Source of the DNA: Phaeosaccion multiseriatum
Taxonomy: Eukaryota; Protista; Ochrophyta, other classes
NCBI GenBank assembly: GCA_965112735.1
Contig: OZ218959.1
Coordinates: 434,001-498,000 of the forward strand
Reading direction: 5' to 3'
Length of the DNA stretch: 64,000 nt
In this document: piece after piece, positions 1 through 13,908 of the stretch
How positions within the stretch are numbered: the first letter of the stretch is position 1
Layout: every line of letters starts with the position of its first letter
The notes under the pieces: model-generated
Seen by the model: only the letters and a program-made list of their open reading frames with translations
The model's database searches: none
What the model was told of the DNA's origin: nothing
Made by a program: the position numbers and the translations under genes

Positions 1-2199
<2,199 letters not shown>

Positions 2200-2256
2200 T
2201 ACGTAACAGTTAGCTTACGTTTAAAACTTCGTAACAGTTAGTTTGATTCCCGTAAG

Positions 2257-4575
2257 TCAATGTAATCCCCCCCTTGGCGCAGTCCAGTTGTCCCTCACAC
2301 TAACCTCGATGGCTTCCCATGTGTCTCTGTCGATCAGCACTATTTCGTTGTACTCCGCGAAGAACACGTCCGCCCCGAGCCACCTGGTGCCCTCCTCCGT
2401 CCACACGAAGGGCTCTACGTAGTTGTCCCACACGGCCCGAAAGAGCGCCTCGTCGCAGCCCGGACTGCACCACAGTTTGAATTCCTTACGCACCCACCAC
2501 GCAGCAAACACATCGTTACCGTCGTCACCACACGCAGAGAACGGAGCCTTCGCGTCCACTTCTTGCCGCTCGTTGACAAGCTCATTGAAGAGGCTCAACT
2601 GCACTTCCGCAACGCCTCCTTCCTTCATGCTGAAGGCGTGTGCTCTGCGCGTGACGGGGTCAGCACCGCTCAACGCGGGCTCTCGAAAAAACCTTGCCTC
2701 TTGCTCGGCTGCGTCTCTCGCTGCCTCTCTTTTCTCGGCTGCCCCTGCCCCCCTCTCAGCGGCTGCTCGGTTGTCAGCTGCCTCCATTGGGACCGGGTCG
2801 TGAAACGGATGGCATTCCTTGTCGCCAGTGCCAGAGATCCACCGCCAAAACGCAACCACTCGCCTCGGCGGACCGCCCCTGCCCGTACCCCTCCAGCTGC
2901 CCGCCTCAGGCTTCTCAGTCAGCACCCGCCAAGGGCGTATAAGCCAATGAACATAGCTCCGAATCAAACTCCAAATGACTCGAACCCCCCACCCGGCGCC
3001 AGCCAAGCAACGTCCCAGGGGCCACTCGATGATAGACCAGCACCATAGCACGGGATGGTGCAACGCGCCCTCCCAGCATAGCCTCCAGCCCCACACCACC
3101 AAGCCCACCAGAGGTGACAGGCAATATGTCCAGAGAGGGGTTCCGACCCAGGCCACCGTCCAGCGCCATACGAAACAACAGGGCATGGAGATGAAGTAGT
3201 GCAGCCTAAGGCGAGAGAGGAGCCACCACAGCATCTCACCAAGCCAACCGAGGAGAAGGGTGAGCCAACCGCCAAGGTCTTGGTGGGGTTGGAGAAACCA
3301 AAGGGGGAAGAGCACAACTGGGCCAGCTGAGACCACCAACACAAACCGGCAGCCCGGGACTGAGAGCTCCACCACCTTGCTCCAGAAGAGAATATCCCTG
3401 GAGGGGAAGGGGGAGTGGGAGGTGGGAGGGGGAGGTCACACAAGCAGTTAGGGAGGAGGGACGGGAGAGGCGTAGGGTTCGAAGAAGCGTTGGATCCGTT
3501 TCGTCGATCGGTCGGTCGGTCGGTCAGTCATGCCGGTGGGGGGGAGGGAGGGGCAGAGAGAAGCCCAGCAGCGCAATGCAGTGCAAGAAAGGCAACCTCC
3601 CATCCACTGCCATCCGTCGAGAGAAGGCAAGAAGACAGCACAGCAACACACACTCACACAGTAGACCGTTCCGTCACAGCACGTGTTTGCGCGTGTGCCC
3701 AACAGACTGACTGACCAGAGCAGGCTTGAAGCACCCTTTCGGATAGATTCGGCCTCATGCCAGAAAAACGAGAGACAGCGAGGGATGAGCACTTCGAGAA
3801 TAACGCTGCAATAGTTGAGCACCTCGGTGGGCCTGTGAGTACACGGTAACGGTAACAGTGCAATGCAGCAGGTGGGCGAGGCGAGGAGGCGAGGCGAAGG
3901 GATGGATGGCGCCAAGGGAGGGGGAAGCAAGGAAAGGTTAAGGCTACTCCCCAATCGACGCCTTTCGCGGCTCCACAGAATACATGAGTGCATGGTGTCG
4001 TCAAGGAAGGGTCAGGGGCACAGATCGAGGCTCTACAAGGGCTGGGATCGAGGCTGAGTGTATCTGTCTATGGACCCTCCCAAGAAAACCAACACGAGCA
4101 GTCAGACAGACAAGCTGAGGCGACTAAGAAGAGAGAAAGAAGCCAAAAAACCGCCTCGCTGGGTCCTTATACCGTGACGCTAAGAGTGACCCGCTCAAGT
4201 CGACTAACCAAACGATCCGTAGACCGGAGAGTTCTGTTCGTGAGAAGACGTCGCTCGCCGCCACGAGCCCGCCCAACAGCCACACGAGGAGCTGGAGCTT
4301 GCCCGCGATGCGGTAGTCCGCGGCGAGATAGTCGGGAGAGAAATAGTAGAGGAAGTTAAGCCCCCAGGCCAAACATAATGCGAGCTGACGAGGAGGGTGC
4401 AGAAGCGGAGAGAGAGAGAGGCGAGAGAGACAGGGAGAGAGAGAAGGGGAGAGAGAGAGAGAGAGAGAGCAGAAGGGCAGGTGAGAGCAATGCCTGCTTC
4501 GCCCCGTAATCCGACTTGCACGGTGTCTATCTGTCTGCCCCCCTCCCTCCCCCTCGCAGCTATGTACCCACCCCT

Positions 4576-4617
<42 letters not shown>

Positions 4618-6098
4618 CTCCTCTACTGAGGCGGAGAGGCCTACTCACAGTGTGGAGAAAGACGACTTGTGTGTTCCAGTACACAGTGTAGCGCAACGTC
4701 CACACCACCGTGCCGTACACCTTGCCGAGCGAGGTGAGCTCCGACCCTCTGTCCTCCGTTTGGGTATCCCCATACACCTCCCATATACTTCTTAGCGGCG
4801 TTTGAAGCCTTGTCTTAAGCGGGTGTACGGCAGAGAGTCTCACCTGAGGAAGGGGGGGGGGGGAACAAGAGTGGAAGGGGGTTTAAGAGGGAGAGGGAAA
4901 AGAAGAAGGTATACCCCCCCCCCTCTCAACTAAGCCTGTAGTGTCAGCTGGCAGGGTCAGCCCATCCTCTCCTGCCTTGCCCTGGCCTCTCCTGTCTTCC
5001 CCCTGCGCTTACCCAGTTTGTAGACAAGAGATGGTGATCTTCGATAGGGAATGGGACAACAAGTCTGTGAGAAACGATTCCATTCCGTAGCCACGCGACG
5101 GTGTACACAGGACCTTCCCCTTCGAGCCGCGGGGGTCCGTCAGGGTCGATCTGCGTGGGAGGTGTGGGGGTTCAAGTCTTAGAGCATTAGAGGACCGGAG
5201 GATCACAGCCTGTCGGGAGGCGATGGGAAGAAGGGGCATCGACCTATCGCTCGGTGCAGAGCGCCTCGGGTCGCCTGTGTCACAGAGTACAGAGTGGTCG
5301 AGATAATAGGCCTACCACTACCATAGTCCGGCATAGTCCGGCATGCTGGAGACGCACCGCACCGCCGTCATGCGTACCCATCCATCCCAAGAGCGAAATT
5401 TCAGTTCAGCAAGTCGGCCCTTCACTCAGGCACGCGCGCACTCACCCTCTCAACCTCGAGTAGTAGCGTGTACAGGTCGTCGGGGAAGAAGCGGTGGTAA
5501 CAGACCACGTAGTCCAGCACTGGGGTGGAAGCAGAGGGTGGGAATGGTGAACACAACAATGCTTCTCATGTCAACACCTCTCGTTAAACCCGCAGTGCAT
5601 GCTCGTATTTGAATAGGAACAGTGCTCTCCTTACCAAGCCTTTCGTCGCCACTGCTGCTGGTGACATCGCTCCGGAAGAGGCAGATTTCACAGAAGCACT
5701 GTTTCGCCTTCTCCTCTTCCAAAGTCCCTGTGGCAGTGCCTCGGTGGTAGCGCCTGCTCCCGAACCCTACCAGAGACCTGCGCTCTCGTAAAACTTGAGT
5801 CCGCTTTCTGGAGCGGTCGAGATACGGACACACTGGGGGAAGAGAGGGAGGGGGAAGAAGGTGGTATTAGTTTGAGGTTCCCGCCCCTCATGCTCACAAA
5901 AACCTCACCTGTATAGAGGGCCAGCAGCCCAGCTGGCACGAGGAAGACACTATCAACGCTGATTAGAATGGTATCATAGTAAAAAAGGAAAATAAAGTAA
6001 GCTATGAGCAAGAAAACAAAATATTCGAGAAGAGAATGTTCCCGCAGACTATACACTCCTTCCAGCAAGCCCCACTTAAGGATGCTCCACACTCTCAT
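2257..6098 (-). CDS. Multi-exon, multi-pass membrane protein of unknown function
   Basis: Exons join at GT-AG sites: MRVWSILKWGLLEGVYSLREHSLLEYFVFLLIAYFIFLFYY... (6098-~5909); CPYLDRSRK...; VLDYVVCYHRFFPDDLYTLLLEVER; IDPDGPPRLEG...STNW; VRLSAVHPL...VVFLHT; LALCLAWGLNFLYYF...; PTEVLNYCS...SSLL; final long exon DILFWSKVVELSVPG... to the stop at 2257. Many Trp/Leu-rich hydrophobic segments. Confidence 0.7.
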
Positions 6099-6250
6099 AT
6101 CCTCCTTCCGTCTCCCCCGCGTAGTGTTTATTTCAGCACAGCCGTTGTAATCCGATTCACAGATGGTGAAACCGAACTTGTTTCTTCGTGAAACACACAA
6201 AAAGGAGAGAAAGCACACACAGCAGAGAGCCTTCGAGGGGGAGGAGAGAG

Positions 6251-9200
6251 ATGTTTCATCTGAGGCAGTGTGCCAGTAAAAGTAATGGCAGAGCCTTCGA
6301 GGGAGTGGCAAGAGCGGCAATGGGGCGACGGTCTTCCGAACCACAACGCCGCGGCAAGTCTTCGAGCACCCAGGGGTCTTGTACGAGCCGCTTGCGAAGT
6401 ACAATGACCAAAATGGTCTGCACTCTTGGTAGGTGCACTTCTGCTCCTCTGCTCCTCCTTAAGATATTGTCGCTCATCCCCCTCCCTCCTCCCCCGTTTC
6501 ACCCCCCCCTCCCCCCCGTCTTTCGTCCTCCGTTTGCACTCGCAGGCCCGGCGTCGCTCCCTCCCGACAACCCAGACGGTCTCCAGAAGCTTGTGGAGGA
6601 AGGCATGGGGGTGGCAAGGTTTAACTTCAGCCACGTGGCAGGCAACTACCCGCCCATCACGGAGGTAGGTCTATCCATCCAAGGACGGGGAGGAGGTGAC
6701 CGAAGACCTCCTCCCCATAGCTTCTTCATGTTCCCTACGGTAGTGCGATAGGGGAGACGACTCTCCTCCCCATTTGTGTGCCAGCTGGAGCGGCTGCCAT
6801 AGCTGTACCAGACAAGGCCCATGTTAATTTTGACTAAGTTATTTTGACTGTCACCCGTGTTGTCCAGCACCCTGTGTGGAGTAGTAAGTAGTAACTATTT
6901 AGCTGTACAGCCTCAAAGCCCAATCGGACAGCAGCCTCCACTCCTGTAGAGGCAGAGGAGACAGCTACCCTAACCTGGCTGCCTCACTGCTGCTCTGTAC
7001 CACCACCCTCTCCATCCCGTCCGCTGCCATCCCCCAGGCGCTCAAGGCTCTGCGCAGTGCCAAAGGCCTGCACCACGACCTCTGCAGCCTCCCTGCCTCT
7101 GGCGAGATCAAGCCCGCCAACGTCCGAGCAGCCCTGCTTGACACCAAGGGCCCAGAGGTAAGGCACTCTCACAAGCATGGGGGAGGGAAAGGACGGGATG
7201 GCAGTGGATGTAGCGGGGGGCGGGGGGGAGGGAAAACCGAGGCGGAGATAGAGGCGAGATGGAGGTGATGCAAGGAGGGGAAGCAGCTGGGCGGTGGGCG
7301 TGAGTCGACTCCAGCCGCACATGTGCTGGCGACTGCATGGGGCGGCAGGAGGAGGAGGAGGTGGTCGGGGGGAGTTGGACGATCCTCACCCTTCGCCACA
7401 CCCCGCCCCCGCCCCCTATCCCCTTTCCCCTGCCCCTGCCCTTGCTCCTGTCCTCTACCTCGGCGCCACCTAATCAGATCCGTACGGGCATCCTCGCCGA
7501 CGGACTGAAGAAGATCACGTTGGAGAAGGGCACCGAGGTGGTGCTCAGCACGGACCTTGCCCATGAGGAGCTCACAACCCCACAGGTGGGTGCGTGCGTA
7601 CGTGCGTGCGTGCGTGGGGGCCGGGCAGAGCACATGGGGGGGCGGGGTGGTCCTTACCTGTTTCCTCGCTCCTCCTCCCTCCACCTCTTCGCTCCTTGCT
7701 CCTCCCCTCCCCCTCCTCCTCCTCACCCCCCCGGCTCTCCTCCCCACCCCCCCCCTCTCCTCCACCCCCCTTCCCAAATCTCCCCTTCTCCTTCCTCCCC
7801 CCCCATCCACTGCCATCCCCCGCCCCCTCCACAGCTCATCTTCGTAGACTACGCCGCCCTGGGCAGCACCGTCTCCCCCGGGGGCATGGTGCTCCTCGAT
7901 GACGGTCTAGTGGAGCTTGAAGTGCTCGAAGTGAGTAACGCCACCTCGGTGCGGTGTTTGGTGCGCAACACTGGCAGCCTGCAGAGTCGAAAGGGTGTGA
8001 ATCTGCCGGGCTGCTCGCTGCAGCTGCCTGCCATGACCGAGCAAGACAAGCTCGATCTCAAGTTTGGGGTAGAGGCTGGGTTCGACTTTGTCGCGGCGTC
8101 GTTTGTGCGAAAGGCCTCCGACGTACGCGCGGTGCAAGCCTATCTCGAGCGCTGCTGCGAGGCGATGGCCCGGGAGAATGGAGACTATGAGGGGCCTCAC
8201 AATGTTAAGAAGAGGCCCCTTGTCATAAGCAAGATTGAGAACTCGGAGGGCGTGGATAACTTTGATGAGATTCTGGAGGCCTCCGAAGGCATCATGGTTG
8301 CGAGGGGAGACTTGGGAGTGGAGATTCCCTTCCAGCAGGTCCTCATGCTGCAGAAAGAGCTGGTGCGGAAGTGCAACTTGGCGGGAAAGGTACGGGTGTC
8401 GGCATACGGTATGGCACCGCATGCGGTTACGAACACGCGCGGTCAGAGCCGAAGCGCAGGGCAAAAGTGCAAGGTGGAGGCGAAGTAGGCGTGATAACCA
8501 GAGCAAGAGAGAGAGGCGTGATGACCAGAGCAAGAGAGAGGGACGCAGTCAGATATAGAGGCAAAGGCAAGGCAAGGCAAGGCGCTCCCTTTGGATCGAC
8601 GTACGCACTCGGTAATCCTCCCTCCCTCCCTTCCCCCGCTCAGCCTGTCATTGTGGCGACTCAGATGCTGGACAGCATGATGACGCGTCCGCGTCCCACC
8701 CGCGCCGAGGTCACAGATGTCGGTAACGCCGTACTCGACGGAGCCGACGCGGTCATGCTCTCTGGTGAAACGGCCAATGGACTGTACAGCACACACGCGG
8801 CCAACACCATGATCACCATCTGTCACGAGGCCGACAGAGAACTCGATCGCAGTGCCGAGAGGGGAGGGACGCTTAAACGGACAGTGGAGGAGTTGGCGAG
8901 TTCAGATGTCGAGGTCATGGCCTCTTCGGCTGTCAAGGTGGGTGGGAGTAGGACAGTGGGTGGGTGGAAGGGGTAGGTGGGTGGAAGGGGTAGGTGGAAG
9001 GGGTAGGTGGAAGGGGTAGGTGGATGGGTTGGGTGGGTGGACGCGCAGACCGAGAGCCTAAACTTAAACTAGGCAGTCACTCAGCCACTCTCTCTCTGTG
9101 TGTGTCTCTCTCACCCCCCCCCTTGCTCTATCTCTCTACACACTATGCGGCCTCTCTGCCTGCCCCATGTGCCTGCCCATATGCCTGCCCGATGTGCCTG

Positions 9201-10844
9201 CCCATGTGCCTGTCCATATGCCTCTGCCCCCATATGCCTCTTCCTGGCGGACAGACGGCCCAGAAGATCAGCGCCGATCTCATCATCGTGCTCACAAGAA
9301 CAGGGGCAAGCGCTAGACTTATCACCAAATTCCGCCCCGCAGTGCCCGTCATGGTGAGGAGAGCGAAGGAGAAGAGAATGGGGATGAGAGCGAAGGAGAA
9401 GAAGAAGAACAAGAAGAAGAAGGATGATGATGAGGAGTGAGGGGGAGGAGAAGGAGAAGAGAATGTGGAGAGCGAGGGAAGGGAGAAGAAGAAGAAAGAC
9501 GAAGAGTGAGAGGAAGGAGAAGTAGAAGAAGGTAGAGAGCGAAGGAAAGGAGAAGAGCGAGAAGGAGAAGAGGACGAAGAGTGAGGGAAAAGAGAAGGGG
9601 GGGAGATGCTGAAGCTGACCCGTGCTGCTGGGGCTTTCTTGGGTGGTAGACTGGGGAGGAGGAAGAGAGGGAGAAGGTAGCTGAGGCAGGAGGAGAGAGA
9701 GAAGGCAGATGAGTCAGATTGGTGAGATGAGAAGGAGACGGCAGAGAAGGAGCAGAGAAAGGGGAGGACACAGAGGAGCGTGCATCTGGGCTTCCTACTC
9801 TCACCACACCGACGCTTCGCCGCGGCTTGAAGTTGAAGTTGTCTTTAGCTTCGACAGCGTCACCCTCGTTGAAGTCGTCTCTAGCTCCGACCGACGTCAC
9901 CTTCCTCCTGTGGACCCCCCCCCCCCTCACTCCTGTGTCCGTCCCTGCAGGCGTTCTGCTCCGACGTGTCTGCGGCTCGCGCCCTCATGTTGCACCGCGC
10001 GCTATACCCCGTGGTCATGCCTTCCGTGGCCGGCAACGCCGAGACAGATCGCATTGTGGAGAGTGTGAGGACCGCCAAGGAGCTGGGGTGGGTCAAGGCG
10101 GGCGACAAGGTGGTGCTGTTCGACACAGAGCTCATTGAGGTCAGTGATGAGAGGGTGTGGTGTGAGCGGCGGAGTGTGCCCTTCTTCTCCTTCGTTGCTT
10201 GCTTGCTTGGCGTGCTTCCTTCCTTCCTTCCTTCCTTCCTTCCTTGCTTCGTTGCCTCTTCTCCTTTCTATCGTTGCTTCTTTTCTTTCTTTCCCTTCCT
10301 TCCATGCTTGCTGCTTTCCTTCCTTGCTTGCTCCTTGGGTCATGCTTCTCGCTTCTGCTTGTTGGCTTCTTGCTTGCATGCTGCGCCTTGTCAGTCGGTC
10401 GGTCAGTCGGTCGGTCCAGTGTCGCGCTGTTCGCTCGCTGGGTAGGGAATGAGCCTCGATTCTGTCCCTCGCAATCAAACTTCAAGTCGCTCCCCTCCCT
10501 CCCCTTCGTCGCCATTGTTTGCTGTTTGGCCTCTCTGTGCCACGCCCGTACCCCTCTCATAGGCCTCTTCCTTACAGACCAAGACCCGCTGCGTCAAGGT
10601 GTTCGAGGTAAGAAGGTGGAGGGGGCTGAGTGGGAGTAACAAGGCGGAGGGGGGTTGGGTGGGTGGGGGTTTCGTCTTGGTGGCGTGTACGATGATGTAC
10701 GGGTTTTGGTTTCCTTCGCCGTCCGTTGCCGTCGCCTTCGCCGCCCAGCGGCAAGTCAAGCTCCGTGCGGTGCCCTTCCTCCTGCCTTCTCCTGTCTCCT
10801 CATTGTCTCCTGTCTCGCCCTTGGATATGCAGGTGCCCGGCTGA
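6251..10844 (+). CDS. PK: Pyruvate kinase, ~10 exons, with putative mitochondrial presequence
   Basis: Spliced motifs [133 protein letters not shown]. The last micro-exons [10 protein letters not shown] / VPG* are less certain. Confidence 0.95.
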
Positions 10845-11237
10845 GAGAGTCTCAGAGGGGGTGATATCCGAGGCGATATAGAGGCGCTTGGAGCGAGTGT
10901 CATTAGCACGTCATGGCAGCCGACAGGAGGAGGAGGGTGGATGAGAGGAGGGATGAAGGAGTGAAGGCAGGGGGGTGGGTGGAGGAGGCGCGGAAGAACA
11001 AAGGTGTGGTACTGAAAATATTCCCCGGAGCCGCGCAATGTGCAGCAATTGGTCGTCTGTCGTCTGCCGTCTGTCGCCTGCCGTCTGCGTGGTCGGGTCG
11101 GGATGGGTTATTTGGGTTGGGGTTGGGTTTCCTCCCTTCTTTCCCTCCCTCTGGTCCTGCCCTGCTCTGAATCAGAGCCCCAGACGAAAGGCATGCCCCC
11201 CCCCTGAAATTGGAATCGAAATTGTGTACATACATCG

Positions 11238-11255
11238 TTACGTAAGGTTACGTCA
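11238..11255. promoter_or_regulatory. Candidate bZIP-type promoter element (TTACGTAA + TTACGTCA)
   Basis: Palindromic ACGT-core sites ~50-60 bp upstream of the PPR-SMR ATG; the same 8-mer occurs at 2199-2206 and 31427-31434. Confidence 0.3.
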
Positions 11256-11301
11256 TGCTCCATATGAATCTGGTGCACCCCGTTTTTATTTATAAAAAAA
11301 A

Positions 11302-13338
11302 ATGATGGTGATGAGAGCAACATCGTTGAGGCGGGTGGCCAGAGCGTGCTACTCCTCTTTCATCGGCAGGAACAGAAGAGGACCCGCAGCAGTCGGAGGC
11401 ACCGCCGCTGAACGGCGTGCCGACTCTACTCTCTATCAGCAGAAGCAGCTGCTGCAGCAATGGTCCTGCTACTCTACTAGGGGAGATGAGAAGTCGAGGC
11501 AGATACGGCTCATGAGGGAGATTCAAGATCTGGGGAGGAGCAGGGATTGGAAAAGGGTGGCACCTACTCTGGAGCGCGCACGGCAAGAGGGCCTCAAGCC
11601 CGATGTGTACTGTATGAGTGCTGCTATTACAGCGATTGGGAAGTGCGGGCGGTGGAAGGGCGCCTTGGCTCTCTTGGCAGAAATGAAAGCAGAAGGACTC
11701 GCTCCGAATGAAATCAGCTATAGCGCCGCCATTAATGCATGCGCCAGGGCCAGCCAACATGTGCAGGCAATGGGTTTACTGAGGGAGATGAAGGCACAAG
11801 GACTCGCTCCCGATATAATCAGCTACAGCGCCGCCATTAATGCATGCGCCAGAGCCAGCCAACATGTGGAGGCAATGGGTTTACTGAGGGAGATGAAGGC
11901 ACAAGGGCTTACTCCCAATGAATTCAGCTACAGTGCCACGATTAATGCATGCGCCAGGGCCAGCCAACATGTAGAGGCAAAGGGTTTACTGAGGGAGATG
12001 AAGGCTGAAGGACTCCCTCCGGATGAGATCAGCTACAGTGCCACCATCAATGCATGCGCCAGGGCCAGCCAATATGCAGAGGCAATGGGTTTACTGAGGG
12101 AGATGAAGGCACAAGGACTCGCTCCGGATGTAATCAGCTACAGTGCCACCATTAATGCATGCGCCAGGGCCGGCCAAGATGCGGAGGCAATGAATTTACT
12201 GAGGGAGATGAAGGCACAAGGACTCGCTCCAGATGAAATCAGCTACAACGCCACCATCAATGCATGCGCCAGGGCCAGCCAACATGTGGAGGCAATGGGT
12301 TTACTGAGGGAGATGAAGGCACAAGGACTCGCTCCGGATGAAATCAGCTACAGTGCCACCATTAATGCATGCGCCAGGGCCGGCCAAGATGCGGAGGCAA
12401 TGAATTTACTGAGGGAGATGAAGGCAAAAGGACTCGCTCCCCATGAAATCAGCTACAGTGCCACCATCAATGCATGCGCCAGGGCCGGCCAACATGTGGA
12501 GGCAATGAGTTTACTGAGGGAGATGAAGGCAGAAGGACTCGCTCCCGATGAAATCAGCTACAGTGCCACCATTAATGCATGCGCCAGTGCCAGCCAACAT
12601 GTGGAGGCAATGGGTTTACTGAGGGAGATGAAGGCAGAAGGACTCGCTCCCAATGAAATCAGCTACAATACCACCATTAATGCATGCGCCAGGGCCGCCC
12701 AACATGTGGAGGCAATGGGTTTACTGAGGGAGATGAAGGCACAACGACTTGCTCCCAATGAAATCAGCTACAATGCCACCATTAATGCATGCGCCAGGGC
12801 TGGGCAACATGTGGAGGCAATGGGTTTACTGAGGGAGATGAAAGCAGAACGACTCGCTCCGGATGTAATCAGCTACAATGCCACCATTAATGCATGCGCC
12901 AGGACCAGCCAACATGTGGAGGCAATGGGTTTACTGAGGGAGATGAAGGCACAAGGACTCGCTCCGGATGAAATCAGCTACAATGCCACCATTGATGCTC
13001 TGCAGGAGGATGGTGACGAGGAGGCTGCTGACGAGCTGTACGCAGAGGCCGTATCGCAAGGGGTCTTGAATCACTGGAAGGAAGGGGGGCAGGAGGTGGA
13101 CTTGCACGACTTCACCAGGGCAATGAGCAAGGCAGCCCTTCGTCACGTGCTCTCAGTGGAGAAGGTGGAGGGAGAGATCAAAGTCATCACAGGCCGAGGC
13201 CGAGGCAGTGAGGACGGCGTCAGCGTTCTCAAGCCCGCGGTGCTGGCCTACTTGCAGGAGAGGCCGGGTATCGAAGTATGGGAAGACGAGCACAACCCGG
13301 GGAGGGTGGTGATGCGGGTCGGTGGAGGAGGGCAGTAA
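11302..13338 (+). CDS. PPR-SMR protein, copy 1 (678 aa, intronless, probable organellar presequence)
   Basis: Arg/Ser-rich N-terminus lacking acidic residues over the first ~35 aa. 12 near-identical 35-aa P-type PPR motifs (EISYSATINACARASQHVEAMGLLREMKAQGLAPD) plus degenerate flanking motifs. C-terminal SMR domain with VDLHD, VITGRG and NPG motifs. Confidence 0.95.
   Translation: MMVMRATSLRRVARACYSSFIGRNRRGPAAVGGTAAERRADSTLYQQKQLLQQWSCYSTRGDEKSRQIRLMREIQDLGRSRDWKRVAPTLERARQEGLKPDVYCMSAAITAIGKCGRWKGALALLAEMKAEGLAPNEISYSAAINACARASQHVQAMGLLREMKAQGLAPDIISYSAAINACARASQHVEAMGLLREMKAQGLTPNEFSYSATINACARASQHVEAKGLLREMKAEGLPPDEISYSATINACARASQYAEAMGLLREMKAQGLAPDVISYSATINACARAGQDAEAMNLLREMKAQGLAPDEISYNATINACARASQHVEAMGLLREMKAQGLAPDEISYSATINACARAGQDAEAMNLLREMKAKGLAPHEISYSATINACARAGQHVEAMSLLREMKAEGLAPDEISYSATINACASASQHVEAMGLLREMKAEGLAPNEISYNTTINACARAAQHVEAMGLLREMKAQRLAPNEISYNATINACARAGQHVEAMGLLREMKAERLAPDVISYNATINACARTSQHVEAMGLLREMKAQGLAPDEISYNATIDALQEDGDEEAADELYAEAVSQGVLNHWKEGGQEVDLHDFTRAMSKAALRHVLSVEKVEGEIKVITGRGRGSEDGVSVLKPAVLAYLQERPGIEVWEDEHNPGRVVMRVGGGGQ
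11710..12995 (+). repeat. 105-bp coding tandem repeat array (PPR), 12 full units
   Basis: Recurrent atcagctaca-tgccaccattaatgcatgcgccagggcc...gtttactgagggagatgaaggc with an exact 105-nt period. Confidence 0.95.
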
Positions 13339-13908
13339 GGGATGGAATCCTGGCTTGCTTTGGCTCGCCTTTCTTTCAATCCACCTCTTTCTTGTAATTA
13401 AGTAAATTGATTTGGTGTCCCATCAATCACGACTTACTCACGCACTCCGTTCCTCACGCACTCGTCCTCCTCCCCCCACATACGTAGTTCTTAGGTGATT
13501 TCTTTATGTCAATGAATGTCCCGCACGCACTCAGCAGAAGGAGGGGCTTCACTCCTCGCAGGTGTGTTGTGCGCTTCCAGCACAAGGCGCTTGGCGGTGG
13601 CCTGGCCCTCACAAATGGCAGTGGCCTGGCCCTCACAGATCACTCACTCTAATCGAGCGAGGTCCTTGTGCACAAGACTATGGGATTATGGCGGGTGGAG
13701 TTGTAGAGCGAGAGAGCATGCATCACGCGTTGGTACTCCACCCAAATCCACCAGCCAGTGGTCTCGTCCGTTTTATACAAGAATTGCATTTGATGCGGGG
13801 TCTGAGAGAGGCAGATCGTTTATCATGTGTTGGTCCTCCGCACAAGCTCACAGCTGGATGCAACAACGAGCAGAGGGACTCGAGAGCATTAAGAGCACCG
13901 GAGAGACA

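Noticed and set aside
13516-13908. 131-aa N-terminal extension of PPR-SMR copy 2
   Set aside because: Absent from copy 1 and it would bury the presequence; homology begins at ATG 13909. An alternative upstream start cannot be fully excluded.
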